DNA of 32,000 bases from Propionibacterium ruminifibrarum (GTDB lineage: Bacteria; Actinomycetota; Actinomycetes; Propionibacteriales; Propionibacteriaceae), in assembly GCF_900289195.1 (NCBI RefSeq), contig NZ_OMOH01000003.1, forward strand, positions 1 through 32,000, read 5' to 3'. The translations under genes and the position numbers were made by a program. Below the pieces are notes generated by a model that made no database searches, had not been told where the DNA came from, and saw only the letters and a program-made list of their open reading frames with translations. Position 1 is the stretch's first letter. Every line of letters starts with the position of its first letter. This document shows positions 8,535 through 16,479 of the stretch, piece by piece.

Positions 8535-9653
8535 TCAGCGCCGCGCACGCACCCAGTCCGCGACCGCGGCGCGAAGCTGCCGGCCAGTGTCTTCGTCCCC
8601 ACCCGGTGTCGCGTCCTCGGGCGGCGCGACGGCCACGAGTTCGGCCACGCCATGATCGAGCAGCGCGCCGGCGTCGGCGGGGACGGGCCCGGTGAAGACG
8701 ACGACCGGGACCCTCGGTTCGCCGGCTGCCGCGGCGACGCCGGAGGCCGTGGAACCGGCGGGCCCATGGACGCCGATGACGTCCCCGCCGGTGAGCACCG
8801 CCGTGGCGCCCGGCAGGGCGGCGTGCAGGCCGCTGGCCTCGATGACGAGGTCGACGCCCGAACGCATCCGGCCGTTGAGGAAGGTGAGGATCGCCCAGCC
8901 CAGGCCGCCGGCGGCACCGGCGCCGGGGGCCGCAGAGATCGAGACACCGCGGGTTCCGCACAGTGCCGCCAGGCGGGTCAGCAGGGTGTCGAGCAGGGTG
9001 ACGTGCTGTGGTGTCGCGCCTTTCCGCGGGCCGGTCGTCGCGCTCGTCCCGTGTGCGCCGAGCAGGGGCGCGTCGACGTCGCAGACGGCCTCGACCTCGA
9101 GGTCCGCCAGCCGGGGGTCCAGGCCACTGACGTCGACACTGGCCAGACGCGCCAACCCCGCGGGTGTCGTTGCGACCGGTTCCTCCCTCGCGTCGAGGAA
9201 CCGCACCCCGAGTGCGGCCAGCATCCCGGCGCCGCCGTCGTTGGTGGCGGTTTCCCCCAGCCCGATCACGAGCCTGCGCGCCCCGGCGTCGAGCGCGGCG
9301 CTGATGAGCTCGCCGGCCCCGTACGAGTCGGAGCCGAGAACGTCGCGGCGGGCCGGTTCCACCAGCTCCAGGCCGCAGGCGCTGGCGGCGTCGAGGACGA
9401 CGGTGCCACCGGCATGGTGGATGACCCCGGTGACCGGTTTCCCCACGGCGTCGTGGACGGGCACGGCGACCGGCTCGGCGCCGAGCGCGGACGCCAGGGT
9501 CTGGGCGAGACCCGCCCCGTCGTCACCCACGGGGCAGCAGGTGGTTTCGGCGCCGGGATCGGCGTCGTGGACGCCGGCGGCCATCGCCCCGGCGGCTTCG
9601 ACGGGCGTCAGTGACTCCGCGAAGGAGCCGGGCGCCAGCACATATCGGCTCAT
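8535..9653 (-). CDS. Glycerate kinase family protein
   Basis: MSRYVLAPGSFAESLTPVEAA matches the N-terminal pattern of the glycerate kinase family (APDSFKESL type), and a GETATNDGGAGML block is present. I trimmed the track ORF (to 10031) to the ATG at 9653. The extension overlaps the HAD gene and is Arg/Ser/Pro-rich. Confidence 0.85.
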   Translation of the reverse strand: MSRYVLAPGSFAESLTPVEAAGAMAAGVHDADPGAETTCCPVGDDGAGLAQTLASALGAEPVAVPVHDAVGKPVTGVIHHAGGTVVLDAASACGLELVEPARRDVLGSDSYGAGELISAALDAGARRLVIGLGETATNDGGAGMLAALGVRFLDAREEPVATTPAGLARLASVDVSGLDPRLADLEVEAVCDVDAPLLGAHGTSATTGPRKGATPQHVTLLDTLLTRLAALCGTRGVSISAAPGAGAAGGLGWAILTFLNGRMRSGVDLVIEASGLHAALPGATAVLTGGDVIGVHGPAGSTASGVAAAAGEPRVPVVVFTGPVPADAGALLDHGVAELVAVAPPEDATPGGDEDTGRQLRAAVADWVRARR

Positions 9654-9828
9654 CAAGGACCTCTGGATCGTTTGCCGCACCTGACGGACGCAGTCCGCCT
9701 CGGTGCCGCCCCGTCGCGGCATCAGGTGCTGTCGGCGGCCCGTGCCCCGCCGATGTCCCCATCGTAACGACGGAACCGGACCGGGTGAAATCCTCGCCGG
9801 CCCCGGGCGGTCAGGGGGCCGTGGCCTG

Positions 9829-10434
9829 TCAGGAGCCGATGAGGCCGTGCTCCAGCAGGACTGCGCGCAGGCCCCTCGTGCCCGAGTCCCTGTCGAAGAG
9901 CACCCCCCGGATGCCGAGGGTCTGGGCGGCCGCGACGTTCTCACCGACGTCATCGACGAACAGGGTTGCTCGCGGGTCGCACCCGAGTTCGTCGAGGATG
10001 ATCTGGAAGAAGCGCGGATCGGGTTTGGCAACTCCCATCTGGTACGAGTAGAAGGCCCCGTCGGTGTGCAGCTCGTAGCCCTTCTCGGCGATCATTCGCC
10101 TGCCGCGCCGGGGCTGCTGGTTGGTCGCCAGGTAGACGCGCACGCCGTGCCTGCGCACCTCGTCGAGCAGGTCGAAGACGCCGGGCACCGTGTGGGTCTC
10201 GTGCCAGACGTTGAGCACCTCGTCGGGGTCGACGTCGACGTCCTTGTCGGCGATGAACGAGGTGATCGCGGCGCGCAGGTCGGTGGTGCCGTCCAAGGAG
10301 GGGGGCTCCAGCCGCAGGATCTCCGCCAGGGTCGCCCTGTCCCCGAACAGGCGCTCCATGCCCGAGGCGAAATTCGGGTTGTGCTGAGTCACACCGTCAG
10401 CGTCCAGCAGGAGCGTGGCGATGGGCGGGGTCAC
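9829..10434 (-). CDS. HAD-superfamily hydrolase/phosphatase
   Basis: HAD motif I is LLDADGV, motif II is YLATNQ and motif IV is FVDDVGENV. The GTG start has a GGAGG SD 6 nt upstream. Confidence 0.75.
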   Translation of the reverse strand: MTPPIATLLLDADGVTQHNPNFASGMERLFGDRATLAEILRLEPPSLDGTTDLRAAITSFIADKDVDVDPDEVLNVWHETHTVPGVFDLLDEVRRHGVRVYLATNQQPRRGRRMIAEKGYELHTDGAFYSYQMGVAKPDPRFFQIILDELGCDPRATLFVDDVGENVAAAQTLGIRGVLFDRDSGTRGLRAVLLEHGLIGS

Positions 10435-10576
10435 GATATTCCTCCATTGGAATCCGAAGTCGGCGCATCCAAGTGTGCCAGATGCCGGCGCTCGGACGAC
10501 TCAGCCGCGACGGGGCACGGGCCATGGGATGACCGGATGCGCCGTCGTGGCCGGTCGGCTGAGTTACACCGATGTT

Positions 10577-10609
10577 GTTGTACACACTGTGGACAACCCT
10601 TGTGGAAAA
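10577..10609 (+). repeat. Repeat module 1: GTTGTACACA-C-TGTGGACAA-CCCT-TGTGGAAAA (DnaA-box-like 9-mers)
   Basis: It contains TGTGGACAA (10588-10596), the exact complement of the actinobacterial DnaA-box consensus TTGTCCACA. It also contains TGTGGAAAA (10601-10609, 8/9) and TTGTACACA (10578-10586, 8/9, opposite orientation). Confidence 0.6.
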
Positions 10610-10622
10610 ACCCGCTGAACAG

Positions 10623-10646
10623 GGTGAAACACCTAGTGAAACGCCT
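10623..10646 (+). repeat. Tandem 12-mer GGTGAAACACCT / AGTGAAACGCCT
   Basis: Two adjacent 12-nt units match at 10 of 12 positions. This direct-repeat architecture resembles binding sites for winged-helix response regulators. Confidence 0.4.
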
Positions 10647-10762
10647 GTGCAGAGCACCCTCTGGCGTCGCGTGCGCGAGCTGGTGCGAACAGGATCCGGC
10701 CCGTGGGTTGGGGTTTCGTCCCGCCCGAGGACCCCGACACGGACGTAATTACAGGCGTGTGA

Positions 10763-10795
10763 GTTGTACACATTGTGGACAACTCCTGTGGACAA
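10763..10795 (+). repeat. Repeat module 2: GTTGTACACA-T-TGTGGACAA-CTCC-TGTGGACAA (DnaA-box-like 9-mers)
   Basis: It matches module 1 at 29 of 33 positions and lies 186 bp downstream of it. It has two perfect TGTGGACAA boxes (10774-10782 and 10787-10795) plus TTGTACACA (10764-10772). Confidence 0.6.
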
Positions 10796-10846
10796 CCCGG
10801 CTCGGCGTCCCCAGAACTGTCGGTGCCGGCGCCTACCGTCAGGGCC

Positions 10847-11905
10847 ATGACCACGACAGAGGTGAACGTCGGGCGCGCAACCGCCCGGGCGGGCGGGCGG
10901 CGCACCGTCAGGGGTGCCGCGCATCGGCTCGACGCGATGCTCAGGCGCATCGCCAAGGGCCCGGCCGACCCCACCCACCAAAGACTCGGGCCGCGGCACT
11001 GGCTGCGAGCCACCGGCACTCTGCAGGGGCCGGCCCTGGTCGAGCTGGCCGGGGACGGGCCCGATGTGCGCGTGAGCGCCTGGGGCCCGGGCGCCACGTG
11101 GTCCCTCGAACAGGCGCCCCGCCTGCTCGGCTGCCACGACGATCCGGCCGGCTTCGAGGCCCTGGCCGCGCTCAACCCGGTGCTGGCGGCCGCGCACGCC
11201 GCCGACCGGGGCCTGCGCATCGGCGCCACCGACAACCTCGCCGAGGCGCTCGCCCCCGCCGTCATCGAGCAGAAGGTCACCGTGCCCGAAGCCTTCGGCG
11301 GTCTGCGCCGGCTCATCACCGGGTACGGGCGGGTCCCGCCCCTACCCGCGGGGCCACTAGGGGAGCGGGCCGCTCGCATGAGGGTGCCACCAGGCGCCCA
11401 CGAGTGGTGCACCGTGCCGAGCTTCGCGTTCACCCGCGCCGGCGTCGACGGACGACGCGCGGCCGTGCTGGTCGCCGCCATGCGCCGCTGCGCCTCACTC
11501 GAACGCGCCCTCACTGGCGCCGGGAGCGGGGCGGAGCGTGCCCGGCTGCTGCGGACGATCCCGGGCATCGGGCCGTGGTCGGCGGCCAGGGTGCTGCAGT
11601 GGGCCTGGGGCGATCCCGATGCGTGGAGCGTCGACGACTTCCACGTCCCGCGGCTCATGGCCGTGGCGCTCACCGGGCACCGGGGCGACGGCGAGGCGGC
11701 CGAGCAGGCCCTCGAGCCCTATCGGCCCCATCGTTACCGGGTCGAACTGCTGCTGGCACCCGCAGTGGCCCGCGCAGACCGCCGCGGCGCCCGGCTGAGC
11801 CTGCCCGAGCACGTGCCGGGCATCCGTCCGCGGTCACGCCCCGGAGGGCGCAACCCCCACTGGACGGGCCCGTCCCGTGCAGGGCATCGCCCGTGCGCAT
11901 CGTGA
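10847..11905 (+). CDS. HhH-GPD superfamily DNA glycosylase (AlkA-like, 3-methyladenine DNA glycosylase II family)
   Basis: The helix-hairpin-helix block reads LRTIPGIGPWSAARVL and is followed by an Asp-containing WSVDDFHV segment. I chose the ATG at 10847 because TACCGT lies 7 nt upstream, which may indicate a leaderless start. The C-terminal roughly 40 aa is low-complexity, so the exact end may be less meaningful. Confidence 0.72.
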   Translation: MTTTEVNVGRATARAGGRRTVRGAAHRLDAMLRRIAKGPADPTHQRLGPRHWLRATGTLQGPALVELAGDGPDVRVSAWGPGATWSLEQAPRLLGCHDDPAGFEALAALNPVLAAAHAADRGLRIGATDNLAEALAPAVIEQKVTVPEAFGGLRRLITGYGRVPPLPAGPLGERAARMRVPPGAHEWCTVPSFAFTRAGVDGRRAAVLVAAMRRCASLERALTGAGSGAERARLLRTIPGIGPWSAARVLQWAWGDPDAWSVDDFHVPRLMAVALTGHRGDGEAAEQALEPYRPHRYRVELLLAPAVARADRRGARLSLPEHVPGIRPRSRPGGRNPHWTGPSRAGHRPCAS

Positions 11906-12042
11906 CCCGGGCGCGAGGCGGCCCCGCGTTCGGGTGCCGCGGCGGAGCCGCCGCCCCGCACGGCGCCGCGCGGCAGCCGGTGCCCCCCCGGTTCCTGCCC
12001 GCTGCGTGAGCGCTGGGCGTGGCACTCTGAAAGACTGGGCGC

Positions 12043-12723
12043 ATGGAAATCCAACTTCGGCACACCCCCTCGTTCGGCGTGGCCCGTCTTCTGCTTGCGG
12101 GCAACGAACCAGTCACCGTGCAGAGCGGCGCCCTCATGGCCTACAGCGCGGCCATGACCGTCGACGCGACGACCGGGGGCGGCGTCATGAAAGGCCTGAA
12201 ACGTTCGGTGCTGAGCGGTGAGAGTTTCTTCGTCTCGACCGTCACCGCGCCCCCGCAGGGCGGGTGGGCCGATGTCGTGGGCACCCTGCCCGGCGACATC
12301 ATCGCCCTGCCCATCGTGCCCAACCACGACCAGTTCATCACCCGGGGCAGCTGGGTGGCCAGCTCCTTCGGCGTCTCCACCGAGACGAAGTGGGCCGGCG
12401 CCCGCAATCTCCTCGGCGGGGAGGGCGGTTTCGGTCTGCGCGCCTTCGGCGAGGGGCAGGCGCTGGTGAGCGTCTACGGCGCCCTCGACGTCATGGACCT
12501 CGGCCCCGGCGAGCAGGTCATCATCGACACCGGCCATGTCGTCTCGTACGACATGAGCATGAACGTCGAACTGCGCCAGTCCAGCAAGAGCCTGTGGCGC
12601 ACGGTGAAGAGCGGCGAGGGTTTCGTCTTCCTGTTCACCGGCCCCGGCAGGGTGCTGGTGCAGTCACGCAACCCGCGCGACCTCAACGCCTACATCGCCG
12701 CGCACGCCCCCGGATCGAGCTGA
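12043..12723 (+). CDS. AIM24-family protein (DUF124 / TIGR00266-like)
   Basis: The 226-aa protein has the family pattern: GESFF...GGW, GEGGFGL, LGPGEQVIIDTGHVV, SGEGFVFLFTGPGRVLVQS. Confidence 0.8.
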   Translation: MEIQLRHTPSFGVARLLLAGNEPVTVQSGALMAYSAAMTVDATTGGGVMKGLKRSVLSGESFFVSTVTAPPQGGWADVVGTLPGDIIALPIVPNHDQFITRGSWVASSFGVSTETKWAGARNLLGGEGGFGLRAFGEGQALVSVYGALDVMDLGPGEQVIIDTGHVVSYDMSMNVELRQSSKSLWRTVKSGEGFVFLFTGPGRVLVQSRNPRDLNAYIAAHAPGSS

Positions 12724-12916
12724 TCCGCGCCCGCACGTTCTCAGACATCGCGTCCTCCCGGCCCGCGGGGGCGGTTGCGGCCGGGCGGCCTGCTCGTCCC
12801 CTGGGTGATGCGAGTCGGCTTGGTGCTCTTCTCCGTAATCATCGGGGCCATCGGTGACGCGGTCAGTCTGCGCGTGGCCGTGGCCCTGCTGCCCGTCACG
12901 GCCGTAGGCGTACCGA

Positions 12917-12954
12917 CGCTGCTCGGCACGGGGTCGGCCCCACGCCGAGCAGCG
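12917..12954. terminator. Hairpin immediately 3' of the histidine-kinase stop, possibly bidirectional with the AIM24 gene
   Basis: CGCTGCTCGGC (12917-12927) pairs with GCCGAGCAGCG (12944-12954). An inner GGGG/CCCC extension is also possible. Confidence 0.55.
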
Positions 12955-12956
12955 CG

Positions 12957-14387
12957 TCACTCGCCCTCGCCCTCCGCAAGGGCCTCCGGCGGGGCGGGGG
13001 GAAGGTACAGGGTGAACATGGCGCCCCCGCCCGGGGCGTTGTCCGCCCCGACCATGCCGCCGTGCGCACCGACCGTGTGCGCCACGATCGACAGCCCCAG
13101 GCCGGTTCCCGGGGTGTTCCGCGCCTTGTTGGAACGGTAGAACCGGTCGAAGATGTGCGGCAGGTCGTCGGGCGCGATGCCGGGCCCCTCGTCCGAGACG
13201 GTCAGGGTGCCGCCGGTGAGATCGACGTGGACCGTGCCGCCCTCGGGGCTGAACTTCACCGCGTTGTCGAGCAGATTCGTCACCGCCCGCTCGAGGTTGT
13301 CCGGCTCGCCGACGACGAAGTACGACTCGGTGCGAACATCGAAGGTGAGGCCCTTGCCGCGCCGTTTCGCCCTCGTCACGGCGGCGTCGACGACGTTCGC
13401 GAAGTCGAGCGGTTCGGGACTGGGCAGTACCACCTCGTCGCGGCTGAGCTGCACCAGGTCACCGACGAGCGAGGTGAACTCGCCCAGCTGAGCCGCCACG
13501 TCATCGAGGATCTCGGCGCGTGCGCCGGGCGGCAGCATGCCGGTGTTCTCGTCCGCCACGAGCAGCTCGATGTTCGTGCGCATCGAGGTGAGCGGGGTGC
13601 GCAGCTCGTGGCCGGCATCGGCGATGAGCCGCTTCTGTCGTTCCCGGCTGGACTCCAGCGAGATCATCATCTGGTCGAAACTGCGTGACAGGTCACCCAG
13701 TTCGTCATCCCTGGTGGAACCGATGGGGGTGAACCTGTCGGTGGCGATGACGTGTCGCACGGCGTCGGAGAGCTGACGCAACGGCCGCATGACCCTGGCG
13801 CCGGCCCGGAAGCCCAGGAAGGCGGCCAGTACCACGAAGGCCAGACCGATCCACAGGATGACGGTGCGCAGGGTGTCGATGGTGCTCAGCACCGGACCGA
13901 GCGGGCGGGCCAGGACGAGGGCGTAGCCGGCGCTGTCCTCGGAGGCCATCGGCACCGCCACGAGGCGGTACTTGGTGTGGGTGGAGCCCAGCTCGACGGT
14001 GCGAGCCGATTTCCCGTACTGGACGCGGGCGACACGGAGCTCGGGATCGCCGGGTTCGATCGAGACCTGTTCGTCCTGCACGCGAAGGATCGTCCGGTCG
14101 GACTTCACGAGGACGATGTTCACATTGGCCGCGGCCAGCGAGGTGCTGTTCAGCCCGCCCAGGCTCGTCACATCGGACTGGATCGGCGTGACCATGTAGC
14201 CGGCCGCCGTGACCAGCTCCTCGTCGATCTCATCGTAGAGGGCGCGCTGGGTGACGACGTAGGTCGTCAGCCCGACGGCGGCCACCGCCACGGCGACGGC
14301 GAGGGCCATGAGCACGCTGAACTTCTGCTGCAGGTCGCGTCCGCTGCGCTTGGAGATCCGGCGGAGCCGGATGATGAATCGTCTCAC
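12957..14387 (-). CDS. Sensor histidine kinase (two TM segments, HAMP, HisKA, HATPase_c; MprB/TcrY-like)
   Basis: The H-box is [14 protein letters not shown]. The N, G1 and G2 blocks are [16 protein letters not shown] and GTGLGLSIV. The GTG start overlaps the response-regulator stop by 4 nt (GTGA). Confidence 0.9.
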   Translation of the reverse strand: MRRFIIRLRRISKRSGRDLQQKFSVLMALAVAVAVAAVGLTTYVVTQRALYDEIDEELVTAAGYMVTPIQSDVTSLGGLNSTSLAAANVNIVLVKSDRTILRVQDEQVSIEPGDPELRVARVQYGKSARTVELGSTHTKYRLVAVPMASEDSAGYALVLARPLGPVLSTIDTLRTVILWIGLAFVVLAAFLGFRAGARVMRPLRQLSDAVRHVIATDRFTPIGSTRDDELGDLSRSFDQMMISLESSRERQKRLIADAGHELRTPLTSMRTNIELLVADENTGMLPPGARAEILDDVAAQLGEFTSLVGDLVQLSRDEVVLPSPEPLDFANVVDAAVTRAKRRGKGLTFDVRTESYFVVGEPDNLERAVTNLLDNAVKFSPEGGTVHVDLTGGTLTVSDEGPGIAPDDLPHIFDRFYRSNKARNTPGTGLGLSIVAHTVGAHGGMVGADNAPGGGAMFTLYLPPAPPEALAEGEGE

Positions 14388-15076
14388 GATTCTGCTTCAC
14401 GCAGGACGTAGCCGACGCCGCGCACCGTGTGGATGAGGCGCGGCTCGCCGCCCTGCTCGGTCTTGCGGCGCAGATAGCCGATGTAAACCTCGAGCGAGTT
14501 GGCCGTGGTGGGGAACTCGAAGCCCCAGACCTCGTTGAGCAGCCAGCTGCGTTCGAGCACCTTCGTCGGGTTCTTCATGAAGGTCTGCAGCAGCGCGAAC
14601 TCGGTGCGGGTCAGCGTGATGTGCCGGCCGCCCCGGGTGACCTCGCGGGTGGTCGGCGACAGACGCAGGTTCGAGAAGGTCAACGTCTCATCGGCCTGGG
14701 ACTGATCCGGGTGGTTGCGCCGGGTCAGGGCGCGCAGCCGGGCGAGCAGCTCGTCGAGCGCGAAGGGCTTGACCATGTAGTCGTCGGCGCCGGCATCGAG
14801 CCCGTCCACGCGGTCGCCCACGGCGTCCCGGGCCGTCAGGACGAGGATGGGCACGTCATTGCCGCTGGCGCGCAGCATGCGCGTCGTCTCGAGCCCGTCC
14901 AGGCGGGGCATCATCACGTCCATGACGATGGCGTCGGGGCGCTGGGCGGAGAGCTTGGCGAGCGCGTCGACGCCGTCCTCGGCGGTCTCGACCTCGTAGC
15001 CGCTGTAGTGCAGCGACCTGGCGAGGGAGTCGCGGACGGCCTGGTCGTCGTCGACGACGAGGATCTTCATGGGCAT
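14384..15076 (-). CDS. OmpR/PhoB-family response regulator (MprA-like)
   Basis: The receiver domain reads KILVVDDD...[14 protein letters not shown]...LTA...KPF. The winged-helix C-terminus reads RTEFALLQ...VRGVGY. The ATG at 15076 overlaps the upstream gene's TGA by 1 nt (TGATG). An alternative ATG lies at 15070. Confidence 0.92.
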   Translation of the reverse strand: MPMKILVVDDDQAVRDSLARSLHYSGYEVETAEDGVDALAKLSAQRPDAIVMDVMMPRLDGLETTRMLRASGNDVPILVLTARDAVGDRVDGLDAGADDYMVKPFALDELLARLRALTRRNHPDQSQADETLTFSNLRLSPTTREVTRGGRHITLTRTEFALLQTFMKNPTKVLERSWLLNEVWGFEFPTTANSLEVYIGYLRRKTEQGGEPRLIHTVRGVGYVLREAES

Positions 15077-15891
15077 CAGGTGGCCTCCCCACTGGCGGAT
15101 GGTGACGAATTGGCCCCGGCCGGCTCCGGGGAGGGGTCTGCTTCACCCGCGGCGGGGGCCGCAGCGGTGTTGTCGTTGCTCGTGGTGGGGAAGGGGACGG
15201 CGCGTGTGCGTCGGATGCGTACGTCTCCGCCGTCGCAGTGCAGCCACTGGACGATGCCGTCACCGAGCGCGTCGAAGGAGCCGCTGACCGGGTCGATGAG
15301 GAGCGTCACGCCCTCGTCGAGGGCCACCGCGTACGATGCGGCACTCGTGATGACGGCGGTGATCGCCCGCTCCAGGCGGTGGTGGGTGTCGGTGCAGGTC
15401 TCGACCGTCGTGCCGATGATGGCCAGGCCCTCGGCCATGACGACATCGCCCGCGCCCGAGGTCTCTGCGGCGACCCGGCGGCCACCGGAGAGCGAGCCGG
15501 AGACGATGGCGTGCTTGGCGACCAGGCGTGCTCCGGCACCCAGCCCCAGGTAGGCGAGCCCACCGCGGATCGCGCGGGCCAGCGCTGCGCGACGCTCGCC
15601 GAGCGCTTCGAGCCAGGCGGCGCCGTCGACGTCGGTGACGACGAGTCCGCTCAGCTGCCCGAGGTCGTCCGGCAGCGCCAGCGGCTCGCCGGGTACGAGA
15701 CGGAGGGCTTCGGCCTCGACCGCTCCCGCGTCGCCCAGCCGGGCGGCGAGAGCATCGAACTGCTCTGGTCCCCGGTCGCCGCCGACGATGATCCCGACCC
15801 GTCCGCTGCGCGCGCCCGCGGCCTTGGCGAACCGCGCCACGACGGGCTCGGGCAGTTCGCGCGGGTCGGCGCCGGACAGGAGAATGCTCAT
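15076..15891 (-). CDS. Peptidase S51 / cyanophycinase-like (class I glutamine-amidotransferase-like fold) protein, probably non-catalytic
   Basis: The block order resembles PepE and cyanophycinase. RVGIIVGGD corresponds to [21 protein letters not shown] to GIFFTGGDQ, and [13 protein letters not shown] to GAVIAGTSAGAAV. GLGAGA sits where the nucleophile motif G-x-S-A-G-A is expected. The C-terminal tail is Pro/Ala/Ser-rich. The comparison was made from memory, not computed. Confidence 0.55.
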   Translation of the reverse strand: MSILLSGADPRELPEPVVARFAKAAGARSGRVGIIVGGDRGPEQFDALAARLGDAGAVEAEALRLVPGEPLALPDDLGQLSGLVVTDVDGAAWLEALGERRAALARAIRGGLAYLGLGAGARLVAKHAIVSGSLSGGRRVAAETSGAGDVVMAEGLAIIGTTVETCTDTHHRLERAITAVITSAASYAVALDEGVTLLIDPVSGSFDALGDGIVQWLHCDGGDVRIRRTRAVPFPTTSNDNTAAAPAAGEADPSPEPAGANSSPSASGEAT

Positions 15892-15897
15892 GTGCCA

Positions 15898-15903
15898 AGC
15901 CTA
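15898..15903 (-). promoter_or_regulatory. Candidate -10 TAGGCT for a leaderless S51-like/RR/HK operon
   Basis: The minus strand reads TAGGCT-TGGCAC-ATG(15891). This is nearly identical to the serS context TAGGCT-TGGCCC-ATG. Confidence 0.4.
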
Positions 15904-16020
15904 CCGAGGCTCGGCGTGGAGCAGGGGAGGGGCTGTGGGCGAGTTCTCAACGGACGGGTCGCCGAAAAACGCATGCCACTTCGGGACTCGCGTCTGACGG
16001 CGGTGGCCCGGCCCGGCGGC

Positions 16021-16479
16021 TCACCAGGTGCTCGTCTCGGCCAGCAGCGCCGGCATGGCCGCCTCGATGACCTCAAGGGTCGATTCGAAACCAGCCGGGC
16101 CGCCGTACCAGGGGTCGGGCACGTCGGTGCCCTCGCGGCCGGGGACGAAATCGGTGAGCAGGCGTACCGTACCGGCCGCGGCCCCCATCGTGACGAGCCG
16201 GTCGACCTGGTAGGACTCCATCGCGACGAGCAGGCGCGCCCCGAGTTCGTCCCGGGTGATGCGGTGGGCGAGGTGGTGGCCCGGCTCGTAGCCGTGGGTC
16301 AGCAGGCAGCGCGCCGCACGCGGATCGATGGGGTTGCCGTGCTCCTCACCGCTGATCCCCGCCGAACCGATGCGCAGCACGACGCCGGCCTCGGCGGCCT
16401 TCGCCCTGGCCACCTGCTCGGCCATCGTGGAGCGGCAGATGTTGCCCAGGCAGACGAAGACGAGGTTGGCTCGTCTCAT
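16021..16479 (-). CDS. ptpA: Low-molecular-weight protein-tyrosine phosphatase
   Basis: The P-loop is VCLGNICRS (the CX5R(S/T) motif) near the N-terminus. The DPWYG general-acid region is present and the length is 152 aa. I trimmed the track ORF (to 16941) to the ATG at 16479. Confidence 0.9.
   Translation of the reverse strand: MRRANLVFVCLGNICRSTMAEQVARAKAAEAGVVLRIGSAGISGEEHGNPIDPRAARCLLTHGYEPGHHLAHRITRDELGARLLVAMESYQVDRLVTMGAAAGTVRLLTDFVPGREGTDVPDPWYGGPAGFESTLEVIEAAMPALLAETSTW

Noticed and set aside
9703-12009. 768-aa plus-strand ORF spanning the HAD gene, the repeat-rich intergenic region and the glycosylase
   Set aside because: It crosses an obviously non-coding region and is Arg/Pro/Gly-rich. 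The HAD (-) and AlkA-like (+, other frame) products carry real motifs.
12775-13140. 121-aa ORF with a hydrophobic N-terminal stretch (VGLVLFSVIIGAIGDAV...) downstream of the AIM24 gene
   Set aside because: It has a TTG start with no SD. It reads straight through the 12917-12954 terminator hairpin and 184 nt into the histidine-kinase 3' end. No family is recognised, so it is probably spurious.
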